From NCBI GenBank assembly GCA_963841435.1, contig CAWJCS010000003.1:1248001-1312000 (forward strand): a stretch of 64,000 nt of DNA. Reading direction: 5' to 3'. A model generated the notes under the pieces. It ran no database searches. It worked only from the letters and a program-made list of their open reading frames with translations, and was not told the origin of the DNA. Shown here in pieces: positions 55,855-64,000 of this stretch (position 1 is its first letter; every line of letters starts with the position of its first letter). The DNA comes from an uncultured delta proteobacterium (GTDB lineage Bacteria > Myxococcota_A > Polyangia > Polyangiales > Polyangiaceae). Position numbers and translations under genes: made by a program.

Positions 55855-57723
55855 TCACGCTCCGTCGAGCGCGGTCCGCACGGCACGCGCGAGGTCGTCG
55901 GGCAGGTAGGGTTTCGACAGGAAATTCACGCCGGCGTCGACGATACCGTGGTGCACGATGGTGTTCTCCGCGTAGCCCGACGTATAGAGCACCCGGAGCC
56001 CGGGGCGTACCTTGAGTAGGCGATCGGCGAGCTCCTTGCCGGTCATCCTCGGCATCACGAGGTCCGTGACGAGAAGCGCTACCTCGTTCTTCTCGAACAG
56101 GGAGAGCGCTTCGTGGGGGTCGCCCGTGTCGAGGACGCGATACCCGTGCGCAGCCAGGATTCGACCCGCAACCCGTCGCACCATCGCGTCGTCCTCGACC
56201 ATCAGGACGGTCTCTTGCCCGCCTGGCGAGGGCGCTTTCAGCTGAGCGGGTCGCGGCGCTTCGACCTTGATCACGCGCGGCAGGTACACCTTGAAACAAC
56301 TGCCCCTTCCGACCTCGCTGTACACGGAGATGGTGCCGCCACCTTGCTTCACGATGCCGTAGCAAGTGGCCAGTCCGAGACCGGTACCCTTGCCGGGCGC
56401 CTTCGTCGTGAAGAACGGCTCGAAGATGTGCTGCAGCGTCGCGGCGTCGATGCCGAGACCCGTGTCGCTGACACTCAGCATGACGTAGTCACCCGGCGCG
56501 ACCTCGGGATGCAACCCAACGTAGCTCTCGTCGAGCGTCACGTTGCGCGTCTCGAGCGTGAGCACGCCTCCACGTTCCATGGCGTCGCGCGCGTTCACGA
56601 TCAGGTTCACGACCACTTGCTCGATGCGACCGGGGTCGGCGCTCACGATGCCGAGGCCGGCGCCACACTCGGTGACGAGCTGGATGTGCTCGCCGATCAG
56701 GCGCCGCAACATCCGGTCGAGATTTTTGACGAGCTCGTTGAGGTCGAGGGGCCGGGGCTCCACGATCTGGCGTCGCGCAAACGCGAGGAGCTGTTGCGTG
56801 AGCTCGGAGGCCCGCTCGGCCGCCGAGCGGATTTGTCCGAGATCGTCACGTAGCTGGGCACTGGCGGCCGACAAACCCAGGAGATCGACCACGGACAAGA
56901 TCACGGTCAAGAGGTTGTTGAAGTCGTGCGCGACACCTCCCGCGAGCCGCCCGACGCTTTCCATGCGCTGTGCCTGCCGGAGCTGCTCTTCGAGGCTACG
57001 CCGAGCCGAAATGTCCCGGAGCGCCGTCACGCGCAGGCGGCGCTCACCGAGAAGGAGCGTCTTTCCCTGTGCCTCGACCGGGAACGTCGTGCCGTCGGCG
57101 CGGCGCGCCATGTGCTCGTACAAGCCCTCCGCTCCCGAGCGAATGTGCGCTTCCACCTTGCTTCGGCTTTCGGGTGCGACAAATTCCATCACCGGCTTGC
57201 CAATGAGATCCTCGCGCGACACGCCGAGGAGGCTGGCGAGCTGCTGGTTCACCTCGACGACGAGGCCCTGCTCGGTGATTCCGATCCCCTCGAATGCCGC
57301 TTCCGAGAGCTTGCGAAAACGCTCCTCGCTCTCCCTCAGCGACTGCTCGGCCGCCTGGCGCTCGCCGATGTCCCGCGCCACGACGCAGAGTAGCGTCCTT
57401 CCGTCAACCACTGTGCGCCCGATCCGCACGTCGACGCTGATGAGCGAGCCGTCGTGGCGCCGCAGCGGACGCGTTCCCAGTGCGATTTCACCCGTGCGCA
57501 GAACCTCGTCGGCGCGCGCCCGCATGACGTCGCTCGACAACGTCACGACCTGCTCGAGCGGAAGGTCGGCGACCTCCGCGGGCGAATACCCGAGCTGCTG
57601 GCAAAACGCCTGGTTCGCCGTGATGACGCTGAGCGTCGTGGGATCGACGAGGACCACGACATCGGTCTCCAGCGACATCACCGCCGCCCCCAGAAAGCGA
57701 AGATAGTCGTCCGCGCCGCTCAC
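55855..57723 (-). CDS. Hybrid histidine kinase (2 PAS, HisKA, HATPase, receiver)
   Basis: GRLAGGVAHDFNNLL, NARDAM, FEPFFTTK..GKGTGLGL, VTDLVMP, FLSKP. Confidence 0.93.
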   Translation of the reverse strand: MSGADDYLRFLGAAVMSLETDVVVLVDPTTLSVITANQAFCQQLGYSPAEVADLPLEQVVTLSSDVMRARADEVLRTGEIALGTRPLRRHDGSLISVDVRIGRTVVDGRTLLCVVARDIGERQAAEQSLRESEERFRKLSEAAFEGIGITEQGLVVEVNQQLASLLGVSREDLIGKPVMEFVAPESRSKVEAHIRSGAEGLYEHMARRADGTTFPVEAQGKTLLLGERRLRVTALRDISARRSLEEQLRQAQRMESVGRLAGGVAHDFNNLLTVILSVVDLLGLSAASAQLRDDLGQIRSAAERASELTQQLLAFARRQIVEPRPLDLNELVKNLDRMLRRLIGEHIQLVTECGAGLGIVSADPGRIEQVVVNLIVNARDAMERGGVLTLETRNVTLDESYVGLHPEVAPGDYVMLSVSDTGLGIDAATLQHIFEPFFTTKAPGKGTGLGLATCYGIVKQGGGTISVYSEVGRGSCFKVYLPRVIKVEAPRPAQLKAPSPGGQETVLMVEDDAMVRRVAGRILAAHGYRVLDTGDPHEALSLFEKNEVALLVTDLVMPRMTGKELADRLLKVRPGLRVLYTSGYAENTIVHHGIVDAGVNFLSKPYLPDDLARAVRTALDGA

Positions 57724-57777
57724 CGGGGCAGTGTCTTCTGCAGGTCCTCGGCGTCAAGCACGTGCCCCTCCTGTCGC

Positions 57778-60700
57778 TCAGTTCAGTCGGATCTCCGATC
57801 CCACCTCGGCACGCTGACGCCGCGCCCTGCTCACGGTTGCGGCGTGGATCGGATCGGCCCCGATCGTGCCCTCGAGCGCCGTCAGGTACTCCTCGGCGCT
57901 CACGCGCTCGAGCTCTCGCTCGGCGAAGACCAGGCGCTCCTCGATGCCGAGCCGCAGCGCTTCTTCGCGATGGCCTGGGCGCGTCAAGAACTCGCGCAGC
58001 GCGTGCACGTGGCGTGTCCAGAGCTCGAACGTCCCTCTCTTGCTTCACGAGTAACCGTTCAGCGTACCAGTCGCTGCCGAGCAATGCCTCGCGCATGAAC
58101 ATCGCGCGCACGTCCGGATGCCGCGCGTCTTTGCCCTCGAAATGGCCGTGAAGCATGATGTGGAGCAGCGCGCGTACCGGCGGACAAGCATCTTCGACAC
58201 TGCCGTCCTTGAAGTAGGCGGCGGCGACGCGGCGCTGAGCGTCGACGATGTTGTCGACGCCGTCGGCGAACACATCGAGGTCCTGCTGCTCCGGGCGCAG
58301 AATCTCTTCGCTGAAAACGCTGCCCGGGTTGTCGAACACTCGTCCGAAGAAGGTGTGCACGAACTTGTCGGTGATGCGATAGCCGAGCCGACTCGCGAGC
58401 ACGCGCCGTCCGCCATGGTCGAAATCCTCGACTCGCTCGAGATGCCCTTCGGCGATGAGCCGCTCGGGGTCGCGTTCGCGCGGGAACAGCCGGCACCAGA
58501 GCTCGGGCACGAGCAGGCTGATGTCGTGATCGAAACGATAGTGCGGGCCGATCCAGCCTGCCGCCGAGCTGAAGCCCGCGTAGTCGCACAGGATCATCGA
58601 AACGAGCGCGTTGTTGAGGTCGGCCGTCGCGCAGAGCGCGTTGAAGGGTCCCTTCGTGAGCGCGCCTTCCGTCCCCGCGCCGGTCGTGCTCGGGGACTTG
58701 CCCGTCACGGAACAGATGTAGTCCATGAAGAGCTCTGGCAGCTCCTGATAGTGAATCGGCCCGTACACGCAGAGCGGCTTGATGGCGCCGTCGGGCGGAT
58801 TGTTGCGCCGCCCCGAGAGCACGCTGATCACGGGGAACACCACGGGCTCCTCGATGGGGATCTTGCGGCTCAGGCGCGCGCCCATGTCCGCCACGTAGCG
58901 ATCGATCGGTCGCGACGCGTCCGGGCGCGTCTGCAGGTAGCGCGGGTTCTTGCTGGGCTTGCCGCCGACCAGGCGCGGCCGCGCGGAGCAGATCGAGTAG
59001 CCGGGACCGCGCGCACCGTTGTACCCGAGGTGCTTGCGCATCGGCTCCGTGAACGCGTCGAACAGGGCCACCTCCTCGACGATGTTCAGGACGTCAGCCT
59101 GCCCGAGCGGCTGGAAGTTCGAACAGAAGAGACCCGGCGAAGCCATGTCCGACTCCGTCTGCTTGTCGAAGCCCGGGTGAATGGCCTCGTCGGGGCGCTG
59201 GAACAGCCGCCACTCGCAATTTTCGGCAATTTTCAAGCTGGGATGGCCGTCGTACTCCTTGGGCAGCCCCAAGAGAGCCGTCGCGGGAACCACGGTCGAG
59301 GCACTGATGTCGTCCTCCATCTGCACCTTGTCGGCCGCGACGAAATCCTGGCGCAGCTTGTACGTGCGCCACGCACCGTTCTCCTCCAGACCGATCCGGA
59401 GGTAGCTGCCAACGAGCTTGCGCTTGTCGTACTTGAGCTCGTGGCCGGGAGCCCCGTTGATGATGTCGACGCTGAAGTGCCGCTGCCAGTCGTCGCCCCA
59501 ATCGGCGCGATAGAAGCGCTTGATCACGAACACGAGCGCGCGGATGTGCTGCGGCAGGCTCTCGACCCAAGCGTTGTGCTCTGCCGCGTAGTCCGAGCTC
59601 GGCGTGAGTAGCTTGATCACCGAGCCGAGCGAGCGCTCCTGCGAAAGAATCGGCCGACTGCTGCGCGAGTCCTCGTGCCCATCGGGGTAAAATTCCCGCT
59701 TCAAGATCGAGTTGACGAGCTCGAGATCAGCCTTCAAATTCTGTACGAGGATGGGTCCATAGAGCACGGCATCGCTCAGGCTCTTGCTGATCTCGGACTT
59801 TCCTCCACCCGACACCGTGCACGGCTTGTGACAGAACGTCCCCTCGGGCACGGTGCCCACGAGGCGGTAGCTCGGCGCCGCCGGGTGCTTCTCCAGGCGG
59901 ATTTTGTAGCCGTTCGGCAGGATGTACACGTGCCCCGGCAGGAGCTTCAGCCGCGCCTCGTCGTCGCCGCGCGCCCACTTCACCACCTGCTTCTTGACGT
60001 CGAAATCGGAGTCCTCGGGCACGTAGTGGATCTGGGGGTAGAGCCGGTCGGTGGCGTAGCCCGACGCGTGAAGATCCACCCGATCTCCGAGAAGCTCGAG
60101 CGCGTCGGTGAAACGGTGCTCGGCGGCGATGTGACGGCCGTCCGGCGCGTAGCCGTCGCCGTGGCTCACGGTCGAGAACGCGAGGGCCCCACCGGCGTGC
60201 TCCTCCTCGGCGAGACCGTAGAGGTTCGCGCTGTAGCTGATCTGCGTCTTTACCTCTTTCTTGCAGTAGCCGAAGTAGTTGTCAGCGAGGATCGTCACCA
60301 TCACGCCGCGCTCGCTACGCGCCGTGATCTTGAAGGGGCTGCCGCCGTTGTACGGCTCGCTCTCGTCCGACCAGCACATGCCGTTCGCGCGCTGCTCTTC
60401 GGTTGCCTCGCTCGCGTGAGGCAGGCCGAGATCCTTCTTCTTGAGGCGCGTGAGATGCGGCGCGAGGATCACGCAGCCGGTGTGTCCGGTCCACCTCTCG
60501 ACGTCGAGGCCCGCATCGTTCTCGGGTAGGTACGGATCGCCCCAATTGCCGAAGATGCTCTCGACGAAATCGAGATTCGACACGAGGCCGCCCGGCGCAA
60601 AAAAGCGCACTTCGAGCCGTTTCTCGCTCGAGAGCCGCGGCACGGCGGGGCAGACGAGCGGGCGCAAGAGCAGCGAAACCATGGTCTCCACGGGCTCGTC

Positions 60701-61279
60701 CCAGCCGGAGCTGAACGGCAGGCGCAAAAGATGCGCCGGCGGCCTGAACGCCTCCCGCAGCATGCGCGCGTACGCCACGAGCGGCACGGCCACCTTGTCC
60801 CCCGGTACCGGCAGGCCCACCTGTGCGACGTGGAAGACACCCTGCGTCGTGCGTCTGTCGTTGAGCGGATTGTGGAGCACGCCGTTGTCGAGGCGGTAGC
60901 TCGTGACGACCTCGTTGTGCCAGTGGTCCGCGTCGATCGGCAGCGAGAGCTCGCGCGCGAGCCCGTAGCGATCGAGAATGAAGGTCCCGGAAGGAATGCG
61001 GAGCTCGGGCTCGTCCGGAAGCTCTCTAAACAGGTCGTCGAGAAAATCTTTGACGCGGCGATCGGTGGGGCAGAGGTGATCGCTGAGCAAGCGGCTCTGC
61101 TCGCGAAAACGCGCGAACAGATCGCGCCCCAGATCGAGCACCTCGGTATCGCCGACGTGCCTCGGCACGCGAAATCCCATCGCCGCGAGCTTGAGCACGA
61201 TGGAGCGGATGACCACGCGGCGGTCGGGGACCGCCATTTGCCCGTCCCCCCTGAGACCAACCTGTCGCTCGAGATCCAT
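57778..61279 (-). CDS. Probable PPi-dependent PEP carboxykinase (PEP carboxytransphosphorylase); frameshift near 58027
   Basis: About 1170 aa after correction; LHNP..DRRTTQGVFH, NYFGYCKKEVK, CHKPCTVSGGGKSEISKS, TGKSPSTTGAGTEGALTKGPFNA; C-terminal L.GTIGADP in the next frame. Confidence 0.82.
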
Positions 61280-61412
61280 GGGGCCTCCTTCGCCGGACTT
61301 TTGCCGGAGCGGGACGATATCAAGAACGGGAACCCGGGACCACCGGGCGGGCGCCGATCCCCCCGTTTTCCCGGGGACGGTGCGGCCCGCGTGACGCGGC
61401 TATGATCGGGTC

Positions 61413-61934
61413 GTGCCGGATCTCGTCGCCCCCGCCCCGAGCGCTCGTGCCAAATGCCGCGGTTGCGGCAAGCCGATCGAGAAGGGCTCGCTACGTTTCG
61501 GCGAAGCGGATCAGAATCCGTTCGGCGAGGGCGAGACGCATCGCTGGTTCCACCTCTTGTGTGCGGCCCTGCGGCGCCCGGAGCGCTTCGAGGCCCTGCT
61601 CGAAACGGGCGTCGAGGTCCCCGATGCCGAGCATCTACTCACGCTCGCCGCAGAGGGCATCGAGCACCACCGCTTGCCGCGCATCGCCGGCGCCGCGCGC
61701 GCCACATCGGGACGCGCTCATTGCCGTCATTGCCGCGAGCTCATCGACAAGGGCAGCCTACGCATCGTGCTCGAGATCTGGGAGGAGGGTCGCTTCTCGC
61801 CGATGGGCTTCATCCACACACGCTGCGCGCGCGACTACTTCGGTGCTACCGGCACCTTCGAACGCGTCGAGCTCATCGGTACCTCGCTCGCGCCCGACGA
61901 GCTCGCCGCGCTCGCGCAAGAGCTCGGCGGCTAG
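61413..61934 (+). CDS. Stand-alone protein with two PARP-type zinc fingers
   Basis: SARAKCRGC..IEKGSLR...WFHLLC and SGRAHCRHC..IDKGSLR...FIHTRC. Confidence 0.82.
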   Translation: MPDLVAPAPSARAKCRGCGKPIEKGSLRFGEADQNPFGEGETHRWFHLLCAALRRPERFEALLETGVEVPDAEHLLTLAAEGIEHHRLPRIAGAARATSGRAHCRHCRELIDKGSLRIVLEIWEEGRFSPMGFIHTRCARDYFGATGTFERVELIGTSLAPDELAALAQELGG

Positions 61935-61980
61935 ACTCGGATCCCGGCCCTGGGCCCAAGCGCCGACGCCGGTGGCGTAC

Positions 61981-62020
61981 AAAAAGGCGACGGCGGCGCT
62001 CGTGGAACGCCGCCGTCACC
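61981..62020 (-). terminator. Intrinsic terminator after rpoC
   Basis: Minus strand GGTGACGGCGGCG-N9-CGCCGCCGTCGCC-TTTTT. Confidence 0.8.
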
Positions 62021-62042
62021 GGGCCGAAGGAAGCCTTCGCGC

Positions 62043-64000
<1,958 letters not shown>

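Overview
High-GC bacterial DNA, very probably from a myxobacterium of the Polyangiales. This rests on a MYXO-CTERM tail, Polyangiaceae-style ECF sigma/anti-sigma modules and a non-canonical EF-Tu switch I. The minus strand carries most of the rpoC-str-S10-spc-alpha ribosomal supercluster, but rearranged: rplC is missing between rpsJ and rplD, a ~9.7 kb accessory block separates rpsS from rplV, and a ~17 kb block separates rpoC from rpsL. The ~9.7 kb block holds GNAT, DUF481, P450, two alpha/beta hydrolases, an M48 protease and an ECF module. The ~17 kb block holds astB, an S8 protease, an ABC pair, DAHP synthase, GH8, a hybrid kinase, PPi-PEPCK and a tandem PARP-type zinc-finger protein. The left 16 kb has ftsK, a lipoprotein/RHH-FHA/L,D-transpeptidase operon, the Fo part of the atp genes, rdgB, two orphan kinases flanking an Fe-S protein, and acyP. 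The best unannotated signal is a complete ribosome-dependent attenuator before DAHP synthase: a promoter, a leaderless 25-aa leader with an F-Y-W-F-G-Y-W run, and mutually exclusive antiterminator and terminator helices. Many single-base frameshifts in essential genes point to sequencing or assembly error. No tRNA, rRNA, CRISPR array, integrase or transposase was seen. All family assignments are from motif recognition by eye; no database search was run.
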